The notes under the pieces: generated by a model | What the model was told of the DNA's origin: nothing | The model's database searches: none | Seen by the model: only the letters and a program-made list of their open reading frames with translations | Position numbers and translations under genes: made by a program | DNA from: Deltaproteobacteria bacterium | Lineage (GTDB): Bacteria > Bdellovibrionota_C > UBA2361 > OMII01 | Direction: 5' to 3' | NCBI GenBank assembly: GCA_947491545.1 | Contig: CANLJX010000002.1 | Span: forward strand, 9,147 to 73,146 | Length of the DNA stretch: 64,000 nucleotides | Shown: positions 24,212 to 34,173 of the stretch, piece by piece | Position numbering within the stretch: the stretch's first letter is position 1 | How the letters are laid out: each line of letters starts with the position of its first letter

Positions 24212-25206
24212 TAATTAGCCTGGACAGCCCGAGCCATCGACTGGTCAGGCGTTGAAGGAGTCGCGTCGAGCGAACCCGACCGCTTGAGCGACGAGAGGTC
24301 TCCTGAGACGAAGGCTACAATCCCGCCGATTGCACTGGTGATCATGACAGCCAGGAGCCATAGCGCCCCGAAGGCAATCGCCTGCTCTGATGTCATCAGG
24401 GCAGGGGCGGAAGTTACGAAGAAGCTCTTGTACGACCCCTCCCGCACGCCGAGGCCGTTCCAGCTAATTGGAAGGCTGCTGGCGATATTCACAAAAGGCA
24501 CGACAACGAAGAGGGTTGTAAGCGGGATTGAGACCCCTAAGCCGCTCGCCATAACGGCGTGAAGCGAGATCTGGAGCGAGTGAAAGACAACCGAGATAGC
24601 TGTGATGATAGCGAGGGTCTTCGGGTCACGCGGGAAAATAGCGGCGACCTGGCGCAGCTTGTTTGCGACCCTAGTGCTGCGGATTCCTGGCAGGTGGGTC
24701 AAGACCCACGGACCTATGATCCAAGCCGCGATGAATCCGATCACGAGCGTGAAGAGCCCCGAGATGAGCTGCCACTGAACCCGGTCGTTGCCGAGCGTCA
24801 TCGAGGTGATAAGAGCGATAATTCCAAGAACGGTTAGGCCATGAATCCGGTCTGCAACTACCGAGGCAACGCCCTCAGTCTTCTTCGGCTGCCCCTGGGC
24901 GATCAGGAGTCCTCGCACCGCGTCACCACCGACCATGCCGAGACCGAAGCAGTTGACGAACATGCCGATGAAGTAGGCCTTGAGGGCAGCAGGGTAAGAG
25001 ACGTCGATGCCGCCTGAGCGAGCGATCGTCCACCACTTAACCGAGCTCATGAGCTGGCCCACGGTGTATCCGACCACCACTACGAGAACTGTGCTGAGGC
25101 TGATTGTCTTGAAGGTTTCGAGCAGGTTGCGCTTCTCTGCGGAGTAGAACACCAGCCCGAGCATCACAGCGCTAAGCAGAATTTTAATTAGGCTCTTGGG
25201 CTTCAT
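24211..25206 (-). CDS. UPF0104 / lysylphosphatidylglycerol-synthase-TM-region family membrane protein (flippase-like)
   Basis: 331-aa polytopic protein. KILLSAVMLGLVFY...GQLMSSVKWWTIAR...ALKAYFIGMFVNCFGLGMVGGDAVR pattern of the LPG_synthase_TM family. Confidence 0.7.
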   Translation of the reverse strand: MKPKSLIKILLSAVMLGLVFYSAEKRNLLETFKTISLSTVLVVVVGYTVGQLMSSVKWWTIARSGGIDVSYPAALKAYFIGMFVNCFGLGMVGGDAVRGLLIAQGQPKKTEGVASVVADRIHGLTVLGIIALITSMTLGNDRVQWQLISGLFTLVIGFIAAWIIGPWVLTHLPGIRSTRVANKLRQVAAIFPRDPKTLAIITAISVVFHSLQISLHAVMASGLGVSIPLTTLFVVVPFVNIASSLPISWNGLGVREGSYKSFFVTSAPALMTSEQAIAFGALWLLAVMITSAIGGIVAFVSGDLSSLKRSGSLDATPSTPDQSMARAVQAN

Positions 25207-25293
25207 GAAGGGTGCTCTCGCGAGCCAAGTATTCCAGATTCCGGACCTTTTTACAAACCACCTGACCTCCTAGGTTCCCGTAAAGATTTACCC

Positions 25294-25330
25294 AGCACCG
25301 GCACCGGGAGCGGTCCCGGCGCCGGCCCCG
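25294..25330. repeat. Family C CCGG-rich GC repeat
   Basis: AGCACCGGCACCGGGAGCGGTCCCGGCGCCGGCCCCG. Confidence 0.6.
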
Positions 25331-25462
25331 ATCCCCCTGAGATCCGCCCGAATACACGCACTTTTGGTACGTGGTCCGATAGGGTCAAGCAGCGTTTGCC
25401 ACGGACCACGTTGCGGTCCGGAGTGCCTTCGGGCTATTGCTGTCTCGTCAAATCAATCCCTC

Positions 25463-25954
25463 ATGACGAAGCAAGACCGACCATCACGCGGAGCCCCTGG
25501 GCGAGATCCTCTCTCGGTGGGGCTTGGTCGCCACAAACGCAACACGGGCTTGAGCCTTCCGCCCTGGCTTGAAGAGCACGGCGCCTGGCTTGCCGTGCTG
25601 CTGGTGATCGTTCTCTTCTTGATTCCGGTGCAGATGCTAGGGGTCTTTGACCGCCCAGTTGAGCAGAAGCCGAGTGCGGTGATTAGGGTTTCCGGCGCAC
25701 CCGCCAAGACCTGGGCAGAGGGCTCAAGCACCCGCATTGAGTCCGTCGCAGTAGACGTAGAGAACGTAGGACCGGAGGCCGCGCGCCTCGTTGTAGTTGA
25801 AGGAGTGGTGCGTGGCAGCACGTTTCCGCTCTCTGGTCCAAAAACGATTGAGCCGGGACAGCGCGCGCGTTTCTCGGGAAGAACTACCCTCAATATCATG
25901 TCAGAGGATCTGCTCTCGTTTCGGCTCTCGTGTGAGAACTGCCCCGCAGCGTAG
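25463..25954 (+). CDS. Membrane-anchored hypothetical protein
   Basis: ORF 25364..25954. Start at MTKQDRP. Single TM AWLAVLLVIVLFLIPVQMLGVF followed by a beta-rich extracytoplasmic domain. Confidence 0.4.
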   Translation: MTKQDRPSRGAPGRDPLSVGLGRHKRNTGLSLPPWLEEHGAWLAVLLVIVLFLIPVQMLGVFDRPVEQKPSAVIRVSGAPAKTWAEGSSTRIESVAVDVENVGPEAARLVVVEGVVRGSTFPLSGPKTIEPGQRARFSGRTTLNIMSEDLLSFRLSCENCPAA

Positions 25955-26169
25955 GCATGAATGCCTGACGCGCAGCGCGGGGGAGCTCCGCTGGGGGAAT
26001 CGGCGCACCCCGTTGTTTCCATAGGCTATGAGCCAGCCAACGCTTGGTGGTTAGACAATTCCCCGGCAGGGTGCCACTATCTTCTCCGACAGCTAACACG
26101 TTGCCTATGCTTCGCCCGCCCGAGCTTCCAAACTCTCAGCCCGGCTCTCCTCGCAGCGCCCTTCCGCCG

Positions 26170-26655
26170 ATGGTGTTCCTCTTCGGTCTTGCGGGGTCAG
26201 GAAAGAGCTACTGCGGCGCACTCCTCGCCGCGCGGCTCGGATACGAGTGTTGTAATCTGGACGAACATCTTACTCCGGCGATGCGACAGGCCATCGCCGA
26301 GAGGCGATCCTTTACGGAAGAGATGCGCGACGAGTTTTTCGAGGTTGTGCGTGATCTTATTTCGCAGCGAATCAGCGCAGGAAAGCCGACGATCTTCATC
26401 CAAGCAGCCTACAAGGAGCGCCACCGGAAGATGCTCAAAGCCGCTCACCCAACGATTGAGTTCGTGTGCGTCACAGCGCCTGACGGGGTCATCGAGGAGC
26501 GTCTTAAGACGCGTAGCGACTGGGTTGGTCCCGAGTATGCGGCAACGATAGCGCGCAACTTTGAGCCCAGTGCGGCTTGCCGGGTGCTCCTCAACGACGG
26601 AGCTTCAGATGACACCCTGGTAGAGCGGTTTGTCGGGCTTTTCGGTGGTGTATAG
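26170..26655 (+). CDS. P-loop kinase (gluconokinase / AAA_33-like)
   Basis: ORF 26044..26655. Walker A MVFLFGLAGSGKSYCG at the proposed start. An alternative start is ATG 26107. Confidence 0.6.
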   Translation: MVFLFGLAGSGKSYCGALLAARLGYECCNLDEHLTPAMRQAIAERRSFTEEMRDEFFEVVRDLISQRISAGKPTIFIQAAYKERHRKMLKAAHPTIEFVCVTAPDGVIEERLKTRSDWVGPEYAATIARNFEPSAACRVLLNDGASDDTLVERFVGLFGGV

Positions 26656-26674
26656 GCTGCCACGCGGGCTGCAG

Positions 26675-26703
26675 ATGACATCCTGTCCAGTTTTACCTAT
26701 ACT
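26675..26703 (+). promoter_or_regulatory. Candidate promoter of tRNA-Lys
   Basis: ATGACA-17 nt-TATACT, ~60 nt upstream of the mature tRNA 5' end. Confidence 0.3.
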
Positions 26704-26762
26704 AGGAGTGCTCTTTTGATGAGCCCGTTTTTGGGGCATCTTCAGGGCGCAAAGTCCCGTGA

Positions 26763-26835
<73 letters not shown>

Positions 26836-26916
26836 CGTTCGCTCCCTCTGCAACCCTGCCTTCGGCAGGATTTGCAAGACGGGCAGGGGAGGACGCCCCT
26901 GCACCCCGGGGGATTC

Positions 26917-26946
26917 GGCACCGGGAACGGGAACGGCTCCGGGAAC
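26917..26946. repeat. Family C CCGG-rich GC repeat
   Basis: GGCACCGGGAACGGGAACGGCTCCGGGAAC, directly abutting repeat A-7. Confidence 0.6.
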
Positions 26947-27225
26947 GCAAAAAGGTAAGGGAACCTTTTTTGCTGCTCCCTTCTTTATCTTTATCCTAAT
27001 CCTGCTCTTCCTCCTGCACTTTCACTGACTCCTGCTCGTAATCGAGCAATGTCTCCGCCTTGCCTAGGAGATTGGCATCGAGGTAGCCGGATTAAGAATG
27101 AGGAATTTGGTGCAGGTGCAGGAGAAGGATAAAGAGAAAGAGTAGGGGGGAGCCCACCGGGTGGACCTTGAGCTATGATGGGACAAAACGTGTCCTCTAA
27201 CGAGCAGAGCCGTTCGCTTCTCGCC
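26947..27225 (-). repeat. Family A element, copy A-7
   Basis: GCAAAAAGGTAAGGGAACCTTTTTTGC, CCTAATCCTGCTCTTCCTCCTGCACTTTCACTGACTCCTGCTCGTAATC ... GAATGAGGAATTTGGTGCAGGTGCAGGAGAAGG. The right boundary is approximate. Confidence 0.75.
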
Positions 27226-27229
27226 CCGC

Positions 27230-28354
27230 CTAAACGTTAAAGCGGAAGTGCACGATATCCCCATCGCGCATCAGGTACTCCTTGCCCTCCGTGCGCATCT
27301 TCCCGGCTTCCTTCGCCTTCACTTCGCTTCCGGCTGAGACGTAGTCGTCGTAGCCGATCACCTCTGCACGGATGAAGCCGCGCTCGAAGTCGGAGTGGAT
27401 CTTTCCGGCGCACTGCGGAGCGGTGCTTCCTTTCTGCGCGGTCCAGGCGTGGCACTCCTTCGGGCCGACGGTGAAGAACGTGATCAGATCGAGCAGTAGG
27501 TAGCCTGCTACCGTAAGCCGATCCAGGCCTGACTGCTCAACTCCGAGGGAGGCGAGGAACTCGCGGCGCTCTTCAGGGTTTAGCTCGGCGATCTCTGACT
27601 CAACTTTCCCTGATATCGTGACGAGCGATGAGCTTGTTTCCTTGGCGTAGGCGGCAAGCAGATCAACTGGAAGAGAGCCACTTGGGTCGGGGATGTGCAG
27701 CAGCTCGCTCTCCGGCACGTTCGCCACGAAGAGAACGGGCTTTGAGGTGAGCAGGCTGTTCGTCACTTCGTGCAGGTCCTCTGGCGTGCCAGTTGCCTGG
27801 CCCGACGAGATAAACGTGCGCGCAGGCTTACCCTGCGCGAGCCAGCTCTCAAGCGGCTCGATGATAGCGAGCTTAGCCTTGGCAGCTTTGTCGCCGGTCT
27901 TGGCTGGTTTCTCTACCTTCACGCGCAGCTTCTGGATTGCGTCGTAGTCAGAGAGGATCAGCTCTGTGTCGATCGTCTCAACGTCGCGGCGTGGGTTCAC
28001 TGAGCCATCAACGTGCACGATGTTCTCATCGTCAAAGCAGCGCACCACGTGAGCGATGGCGTCCACGCTGCGGATGTGGCCGAGAAACTGGTTGCCAAGA
28101 CCTTCACCTTTCGATGCGCCGCGAATCAGGCCCGCGATGTCGACGAAGGTAATCTGGGCAGGGATGATCTTGGCTGAGCCTGCTATCTTGGTCAGTACAT
28201 CGAGGCGTGGGTCTGGAACGGGAACTGCACCCGTGTTCGGCTCGATGGTGCAGAAAGGGAAGTTCGCCGCGGCTGCTTTAGCCGAGGTGAGGGCGTTGAA
28301 AATAGTGGACTTGCCGACGTTTGGCAGCCCGACGATGCCGCAGGTGAATCCCAT
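27230..28354 (-). CDS. ychF: Ribosome-binding ATPase YchF
   Basis: Start moved to MGFTCGIVGLPNVGKSTIFNALT. C-terminal TGS region ...RDGDIVHFRFNV. Confidence 0.92.
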   Translation of the reverse strand: MGFTCGIVGLPNVGKSTIFNALTSAKAAAANFPFCTIEPNTGAVPVPDPRLDVLTKIAGSAKIIPAQITFVDIAGLIRGASKGEGLGNQFLGHIRSVDAIAHVVRCFDDENIVHVDGSVNPRRDVETIDTELILSDYDAIQKLRVKVEKPAKTGDKAAKAKLAIIEPLESWLAQGKPARTFISSGQATGTPEDLHEVTNSLLTSKPVLFVANVPESELLHIPDPSGSLPVDLLAAYAKETSSSLVTISGKVESEIAELNPEERREFLASLGVEQSGLDRLTVAGYLLLDLITFFTVGPKECHAWTAQKGSTAPQCAGKIHSDFERGFIRAEVIGYDDYVSAGSEVKAKEAGKMRTEGKEYLMRDGDIVHFRFNV

Positions 28355-28481
28355 GGAGGACCTTGCAAAAAGCCCCTCTTTCCGGGGCGGTTGGATGCAT
28401 ACAGGTACCACGCGGCTGGGGGCAATTCAACGTGCCCCGGGTGGATAGACCACAAGCCCGTGCTGGGCTAGGCTCGCCCGC

Positions 28482-29261
28482 ATGTTTACACGAATAACTA
28501 CACCCTTCTTCTCGTGTCTTGCAGCGGTTGTTCTCGTTTCATGTGGAGGTGGGGGAGATGGCGGTGGCGGGAACAACGACACTGGCCCCTGCTCGGCGCT
28601 CAAGATCGCAGGCGGAGAAGGTTGCAGCTCGCCGCCGAGTGCGCTCGTGGCGGTGGTGCGCGGGCAGTTCAACTGCACCGGCAGTTTTATTACAACTCGG
28701 CACGTCATTACTGCCGCGCACTGCGTCGATGCTCCCGGTCAGGTGAATGTCGAAACGCCGACCTTTATCGCGGCCGTTCAACGTGTTCAGATCCATCCGC
28801 AGTACGACCCATTCTCTCTGGACAGCATGTACGATCTCGCTGTGCTGACGCTCGGCTCGGCGGCGCCGGTCTCGACGGTTCCAATCATTCAGTCGGTGCC
28901 AGTTGAGGAGGGGAATCAGGTGGTGGCGTACGGCTTTGGGCTCGATCAAGACGGGCTCCTCTGGGAGGACCGATTCATCGAAGGTGAGGATGCTCTCAAG
29001 GCGACGTACCTTGACGTGACTTCGGTGTCGGACTTCTCGATCTCAACCATTAGCGACGGAAGCGGGGACACCTGCGGCGGTGATTCGGGCGGGCCAATTC
29101 TGCTTCAGGCTGGTGGCAGCTACGGTCTCGTGGCGCTCGTTCGCTCGGGTCCAGTTGATTGCGTCGAGTACCAGCCCTTCGCAAGCCAGAACACAAACCT
29201 GCAGGTGCCGAGCATCCTCAACTTCGTGCTCTCGGCTGCGCCAGGAACGCAGGTGAGGTAG
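28482..29261 (+). CDS. Trypsin-like (S1) serine protease, lipoprotein
   Basis: Lipobox LVSC. Catalytic His TAAHC and Ser GDSGGP motifs. Confidence 0.85.
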   Translation: MFTRITTPFFSCLAAVVLVSCGGGGDGGGGNNDTGPCSALKIAGGEGCSSPPSALVAVVRGQFNCTGSFITTRHVITAAHCVDAPGQVNVETPTFIAAVQRVQIHPQYDPFSLDSMYDLAVLTLGSAAPVSTVPIIQSVPVEEGNQVVAYGFGLDQDGLLWEDRFIEGEDALKATYLDVTSVSDFSISTISDGSGDTCGGDSGGPILLQAGGSYGLVALVRSGPVDCVEYQPFASQNTNLQVPSILNFVLSAAPGTQVR

Positions 29262-29263
29262 CA

Positions 29264-29459
29264 GCGCAAAAAAGGGGACGGACACCTTTTTGCGAGTCGT
29301 CTCCTAATCTTTCTCCTCCTCCTGCACTTGCACCAGATTCCTGGTCTTAATCCTGCTACCTCGGCGCTAAAGGGTCCCGGAAATTTTGGGATTATGAGCA
29401 GGAGGCAGTGCAGGTGCAGGAGAAAGAGGAGGATTAGGACGAAGAAGAGGAGTGCCGTG
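29264..29459 (+). repeat. Family A element, copy A-8 (tandem with A-9, period 196 bp)
   Basis: GCGCAAAAAAGGGGACGGACACCTTTTTGCG ... CTCCTGCACTTGCACCAGATTCC ... GATTATGAGCAGGAGGCAGTGCAGGTGCAGGAGAAAGAGGAGGA. Confidence 0.85.
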
Positions 29460-29677
29460 CCCCGCTTCGATGAGAACGCTCGCTAGCATAAGTTTTCTCT
29501 TCATCCGTCTCCTCCTCCTGCACTTGCACCCGATTCCTGGTCTTAATCCTGCTAGCTCAGCGCTAAAGGGCCCCGGAAATCCTCGGGATTATGAGCAGGA
29601 GGCAGTGCAGGTGCAGGAGAAAGAGGAGGATAAGGACGAAGAAGAGGAGTGCCGTGCCCCGCTTCGATGAGAACGCT
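29460..29677 (+). repeat. Family A element, copy A-9 (truncated at the junction with tRNA-derived sequence)
   Basis: CTCCTGCACTTGCACCCGATTCC ... GATTATGAGCAGGAGGCAGTGCAGGTGCAGGAGAAAGAGGAGGA ... GAGTGCCGTGCCCCGCTTCGATGAGAACGCT, then an abrupt switch to CCCTGGTTCAAGTCC. Confidence 0.8.
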
Positions 29678-29884
29678 CCCTGGTTCAAGTCCAGAAGCGG
29701 CATTATGGGGGATTACTTGGAGTGGCCCCACCTGGACTTGAACCCGGATCTTGTGTTCGCTCCAAGCTCCGGACGCTGTGGCGTCCTTCGCGTCGCTCAC
29801 TCGCAGAACGCTCGCTAGCTCGCGTTCTGAGCGGAAGCTCCCTGGTTCAAGTCCAGAAGCGGCATTATGGGGGATTACTTGGAG

Positions 29885-29906
<22 letters not shown>
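29675..29906 (-). repeat. 70-bp direct repeat (x2, 162-bp spacing) containing the tRNA(CAT) 3' end
   Basis: GCTCCCTGGTTCAAGTCCAGAAGCGGCATTATGGGGGATTACTTGGAGTGGCCCCACCTGGACTTGAACC occurs at 29675-29744 and 29837-29906. Confidence 0.9.

Positions 29907-29910
<4 letters not shown>
29840..29910. repeat. 17-bp perfect inverted repeat of the tRNA T arm
   Basis: CCCTGGTTCAAGTCCAG (29840-29856) and CTGGACTTGAACCAGGG (29894-29910, part of the intact tRNA), with a 37-bp spacer. Confidence 0.85.
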
Positions 29911-30212
<302 letters not shown>

Positions 30213-30230
30213 ATCGCAGGATGCGGGAGG

Positions 30231-30259
30231 TATTTACCCCTCCCTTGCTGCGGGTGCAA
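30231..30259 (-). promoter_or_regulatory. Candidate promoter of the tRNA(CAT) locus
   Basis: Minus strand TTGCAC-17 nt-TAAATA, 18 nt upstream of the most distal truncated tRNA 5'-half copy. No comparable hexamers precede the intact tRNA. Confidence 0.4.
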
Positions 30260-30370
30260 CAGTTATGACCCGTGCGGCCCGCCTCCAACTCGATTCAGGG
30301 TTGTGGTAGCGCAGCGTAGTGGTAGAACATGGTGAACTAATTAGATGAAATCCCCAGAAAAAGAGGCCCC

Positions 30371-31096
30371 ATGACCGAAGCCCCGAAACCCTCCGCACTC
30401 GCTTCCCTTATTGAGCTCGGCAGGGTCGATGTCCAGATAGCGTTGCTGAATGCCCACAAGAAGAGCCTCGAAGCCGAGCGAGTGAAGCGCAAGCAGGCGC
30501 TTGATGCTCAGGCCATGAAGCGTGGCGCGCGCGCCAAGCTGCTCGATGAGAAGAAACTTCTCAACACGCGCGAGGAGAAAGCGATCAAGGTTGAGCGCGA
30601 CAGGATTAATGATCGCCGCAGAGCGCTTAGCACACTCAACAACTACAAGCTGCAGCAGGCGGCAGAGCGGGAGCTCGATTTCGTTTCGAAGCAGGTTGGT
30701 CAGCGTGAGGAGCTACTGCTCCAGCTCATGCGAGAGATTGAGATCCTTGAGAAGGATATGGCTGAGATCGATGCGGTCACCAAAGGGCTGCACGAAGAGG
30801 GGGCTGCGTTCGAGCGTGATGCGGTGGAGACCCTGCAGGGAATTGAGGCCAAGCTCCAGGAGTACACAGCCGAGCGCACGACACACGCGCAGGCTATTGG
30901 AGCAGGAACAGTTCTTACGACCTACAACCGTATTAAGGACCGCTTCCCTTCGAACCCAGTCGTGGATGTGCTCAACCGTGATAGCTGTGCGGGATGTCAC
31001 ATGAAATTGGGGCCACAGGTGGTGGTGCAGATTTCTCGTGGAGATGTGGTAAAGTGCCCGGGCTGCAGCCGGTTTCTTAAGCTTCCGGCAGAGTAG
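30371..31096 (+). CDS. Coiled-coil protein with C-terminal C4 zinc ribbon (COG1579-like)
   Basis: Long heptad-rich region followed by CAGCHMKL...KCPGCSRFL. Confidence 0.75.
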   Translation: MTEAPKPSALASLIELGRVDVQIALLNAHKKSLEAERVKRKQALDAQAMKRGARAKLLDEKKLLNTREEKAIKVERDRINDRRRALSTLNNYKLQQAAERELDFVSKQVGQREELLLQLMREIEILEKDMAEIDAVTKGLHEEGAAFERDAVETLQGIEAKLQEYTAERTTHAQAIGAGTVLTTYNRIKDRFPSNPVVDVLNRDSCAGCHMKLGPQVVVQISRGDVVKCPGCSRFLKLPAE

Positions 31097-31109
31097 CGCC
31101 CTCCCAGCA

Positions 31110-31478
31110 GGGAGGAGTTGAGCGGATGGTCGCTTGGGGGCAACCCTGAGAGGAAAGTCGGGACTTCATAGGGCGGGTTGGCCGCTAACGGCGGCGCCGG
31201 GTGACCGGCGGAAAGTGCCACAGAAAAGAAGACGGCCTGCTCCTGAAAAGGGGCGGGAATCGGTGAAACGGTGAGGTAAAAGCTCACCAGCACGGGGGTG
31301 ACTCCGTGGCTTGGTAAACCCCAGCTGAAGCAAGACCGAATAGGAAGGCTCCCTGCGGCAACGCAGGCGGCGCGGCTCGCGCCGGGCCTTCGGGTAGCGT
31401 CGCTTGAGCCAGTCGGCAACGGCTGGCCCAGATGAATGGCCATCGAAACAGAATCCCGCTTACTGCTCGACTCTTCCC
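31110..31478 (+). ncRNA. rnpB: RNase P RNA, bacterial type A
   Basis: Conserved blocks GAGGAAAGTCGGGAC, GTGCCACAGAAAAG, GGTGAAACGGTGAGGTAAAAGCTCACC, GGTAAACCCC and ACAGAATCCCGCTTAC. P1 pairing is GGGAGGAGTTGAGC with GCTCGACTCTTCCC. Confidence 0.9.
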
Positions 31479-31529
31479 TGGTGTGATGGCATGCCGCTGC
31501 CAGAACTCGGCCGCACCATTCATCGCCGC

Positions 31530-31573
31530 GCACCGGGTGCCGGGAACGGATCCGGCACCGGTCCCGGCTCCGA
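31530..31573. repeat. Family C CCGG-rich GC repeat
   Basis: GCACCGGGTGCCGGGAACGGATCCGGCACCGGTCCCGGCTCCGA, ~50 nt after rnpB. Confidence 0.6.
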
Positions 31574-31697
31574 AGAGAAAGCCGACAACGCTCAAAGTAA
31601 TTAGTCCACTTGAATCAGCGTCGGGTTGATCGACTGCTCGAAAGCAATGGGAGTAGGTCTGTCGTTGCTTTCCAGAGCTGGTCCTGAAAAGCCGCCG

Positions 31698-33128
31698 CTA
31701 CTGAGGCTTGAAGAACTTGTACACATCCATCGGCGCAGCAACGTAGGGCTCGCTCTGGAACTTCTCAATTTCTGAGAGGGCGCTCATGAGCTTGCTGTAG
31801 TCGGTCAGTGGCTTCTCTGTTCCGTCGCCCAATACGACCTTGAAGGCTTTGTTCAGGTCCTCACGCAGCTTCACTTCTGAGCCACGCATCTGCACAAAGA
31901 AGTAGTCTGGGTCCAGGCCCGATGTCTCGACGAGCCTACGCAGAATGGCGTCCGAGGTGGCCTCCGGTTCGTAGTGCTTGAATGGCTGACGCACCAGTAT
32001 TCTCTTTGATAATTCGCTAAGGGTCAGGTCGTCTGACTTTGCCCATTGGCTCACGTGACTGGACCACCAGTACTCAACCATGTCGAGCATCGTTGCCAAG
32101 GGAAGCTCAGAGGAGCTCTTCGCTGAAAGAACTGCCTGCATCGTCTCGTCGGCATAGATTGGCTTGTTCGCGGCGAAGAGCTCGCGCGCACGCCGCCCGA
32201 GAGCAACGTGCATCATCTCGCCGATCTTGGCGACCTTGTGCCCGTACACGTTGCGGTACATGCTTGCGCGGGCCGTAAAGAAGCTCTCGAGCGCAGTGAC
32301 GCCGGGCTCTCTAATTCCAAGCTCGCCGTTGTCGGTGATGGTCAAGTTCTTGGTTATGATTGGAAGGTCATACATGCCGTAATTGACGCCGCAGAAATGG
32401 CCATCGCGCGACACCCAATCGCCCCGGTCAGTGTTCCAGCCGCCGGAGGTGATGAGCTGCCATGTCCACTTTGGCACGAGGGGAGATTCAGCGACGATGA
32501 GGTCAAGCTTGCGAGCGCCCTCAGGAGAGATAGCCATCTCAAGCTCTAGGCGGAATCCTGGGTCCTCGCGGAGCAGCCGGTGGGAGATCTCCTCGTGCAT
32601 ATCTTTCTCTTGAGGAAACCACACGCGCTGGGCGATGTGTGAGCCTGGGGCGATGTGCCCCAGATCGTGCGTCAGCCCGAAAGCGACGACCGCAGGACCG
32701 TACTCTTCAAGCTGCTTTTTGACGGGCTCTGATGCATGGCGGCCCATGTAGTTGAGGATTTTCGCTGTGAGGTCTGCAACGCCAAGCACGTGACCGAAGC
32801 GTGAATGGGTCGCGTCATGGTACGCCCATGAGCCTGTTGAGAGCTGATTTACAAACTTAAGCCTCTGCATCAAAGAGGAGTCACGCAGGTCGATGATGAC
32901 CTTCTCAAGCTTGTTGTGGGGATTTAGGTCGATGCCGTTCTGGGGGTCCATGATGTCCCGCATCAGCCGCGAGCGGTTATCAGACTTTCCGGCAAATTCG
33001 TGGTACAGCGTGCGGGCTTCAGCTAATTCCGCAACCTCCTGAGGGCTTCTCTGAAACACACTTCTGCGTGTCTCGCTCGGACCAGTTGAAAAATGGCGCT
33101 GCTGCTGTTGGTTTGGCTGCATGGACAC
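31698..33128 (-). CDS. HD-domain phosphohydrolase, SAMHD1/EF1143-like dNTP triphosphohydrolase family (COG1078)
   Basis: HSRFGHVLGV, HDLGHIAPGSH and SGGWNTDRGDWVSRD correspond to the HSRxxHSLGV / HDxGHxPFSH / DxDRxDYxxRD blocks of this family. Confidence 0.78.
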   Translation of the reverse strand: MSMQPNQQQQRHFSTGPSETRRSVFQRSPQEVAELAEARTLYHEFAGKSDNRSRLMRDIMDPQNGIDLNPHNKLEKVIIDLRDSSLMQRLKFVNQLSTGSWAYHDATHSRFGHVLGVADLTAKILNYMGRHASEPVKKQLEEYGPAVVAFGLTHDLGHIAPGSHIAQRVWFPQEKDMHEEISHRLLREDPGFRLELEMAISPEGARKLDLIVAESPLVPKWTWQLITSGGWNTDRGDWVSRDGHFCGVNYGMYDLPIITKNLTITDNGELGIREPGVTALESFFTARASMYRNVYGHKVAKIGEMMHVALGRRARELFAANKPIYADETMQAVLSAKSSSELPLATMLDMVEYWWSSHVSQWAKSDDLTLSELSKRILVRQPFKHYEPEATSDAILRRLVETSGLDPDYFFVQMRGSEVKLREDLNKAFKVVLGDGTEKPLTDYSKLMSALSEIEKFQSEPYVAAPMDVYKFFKPQ

Positions 33129-33261
33129 CCCCCCACAAAATGATGCCCCAGACTAAATGGCAGCCACGAGCTAGTCAAAAAAAGCAGCATATTGCTAGCT
33201 TGGCAGATCCCGTGTTCGCCAATATTTGCAGATTGTTGCAGGACGGGAGGTCTCGACAGTG

Positions 33262-34173
33262 CTAGCGCTCAAACGCTACGCCCCTGGCCTGTCCCGTGCG
33301 GTAGTTCCTTAAGAACCACACCTCAAAGTTCGCGAGGGTGCCGTCAACCTCGCACTCGACGGTGAATCCGGGCGTCAAACTCGTTCCAACCCGGTCGATT
33401 TTGCGAATTCCGACTGATATCTCGTTCATCTCAGCGGACATGCCCAGCAGCTTCTCCTGCGCTGAGAGGTCGAGCCGCGGCTCAGAGTGATGCAGGGGGG
33501 CTTGTCCGCCGCGAGAACCCATATCTCCGGAGCTCCGGGGCGACGAGTATACCCTGTCGTAAATCGCCTCGCACAGCAGCATGTAGCCAAAGCTTGGGCA
33601 GGGTAGCTTCTTGAGGTCGGGCAGGGGGGTGGCCACAACTGTTCGAGCCATCTCCCTGAAAGACATCGCAGTAAAGATCGGGGTTGAGACGGCTAAGTCG
33701 TCATCTGGCCGGGAGTAGAGCACAGTTGCTACCGGACCCGTCCCGAACGTTTCAATAAGCCCCGGGCCAAGCAGCGTGGGTTTTAGGGAGCTGTCTAGCA
33801 CCTCCGCTAGCATGAAGAACTCACGACCGGCAGAACTTTGAACGGAGGTGCGGTTGTTAATACATACCGATGTTGAGTGCGCGACGATGCCGGCCACGTG
33901 AGCGGCAACGGCGTGCTCCACCTCAAAATCGGCCTGGAGAATGTTTAAGACATTGCGGCCGTACGGATCTAAAGGGTTCTGCTCAAGGTGAACGGTCTCG
34001 GAGCGCCGGCCGCCGAGGCATATGGCGCGGTATATCTTCTGGAGCTCAGCGTATCCTCGCATCGTCTTCGGCAGCTCAAGGGCGGTCGGAAAGTAAGTGT
34101 CAGGAACCGACGCGGTCCTCTTAAGGAGTGAATCGAAATCCTCCGGGCGAAATGGCTTGAAGGTGCCTCTCAT
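33262..34173 (-). CDS. Hypothetical protein translationally coupled to aroC
   Basis: ORF 33262..34227. The ATG at 34173 overlaps the aroC TGA (ATGA). No recognisable domain. Confidence 0.55.
   Translation of the reverse strand: MRGTFKPFRPEDFDSLLKRTASVPDTYFPTALELPKTMRGYAELQKIYRAICLGGRRSETVHLEQNPLDPYGRNVLNILQADFEVEHAVAAHVAGIVAHSTSVCINNRTSVQSSAGREFFMLAEVLDSSLKPTLLGPGLIETFGTGPVATVLYSRPDDDLAVSTPIFTAMSFREMARTVVATPLPDLKKLPCPSFGYMLLCEAIYDRVYSSPRSSGDMGSRGGQAPLHHSEPRLDLSAQEKLLGMSAEMNEISVGIRKIDRVGTSLTPGFTVECEVDGTLANFEVWFLRNYRTGQARGVAFER

Noticed and set aside
25453-26022. Minus-strand ORF 25453..26022 (189 aa), opposite the 25463..25954 gene
   Set aside because: Its composition is Ser/Arg/Pro/Thr-rich with no hydrophobic core pattern. 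The plus-strand frame gives a clean TM helix plus a beta-rich domain. The choice remains low-confidence.
26855-26905. Two small hairpins after tRNA-Lys (CCTGCC-TTC-GGCAGG and GCAGGGG-aggacg-CCCCTGC), considered as terminators
   Set aside because: The stems are short with minimal loops and only a weak T run (ATTTG). The call is plausible but not strong enough to make without folding energies.
29663-29702. Plus-strand tRNA-like minihelix: CCGCTTC ... CCTGGTTCAAGTCCAG-AAGCGG-CA (acceptor-like 6-7 bp plus a T-arm-like hairpin)
   Set aside because: There are no D or anticodon arms. The T stem has only 4 clean pairs. The 5' strand is part of family-A element A-9, and the second copy (29837-29863) lacks that 5' partner. 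It is most likely a chance juxtaposition created by the rearrangements and not a gene.
31097-31116. CCTCCC-AGCA-GGGAGG hairpin right after the COG1579-like gene, considered as a terminator
   Set aside because: Its 3' arm is the start of the RNase P RNA P1 helix (GGGAGGAGTTGAGC pairs with the rnpB 3' end), and it has no U tract. I do not call it a terminator.
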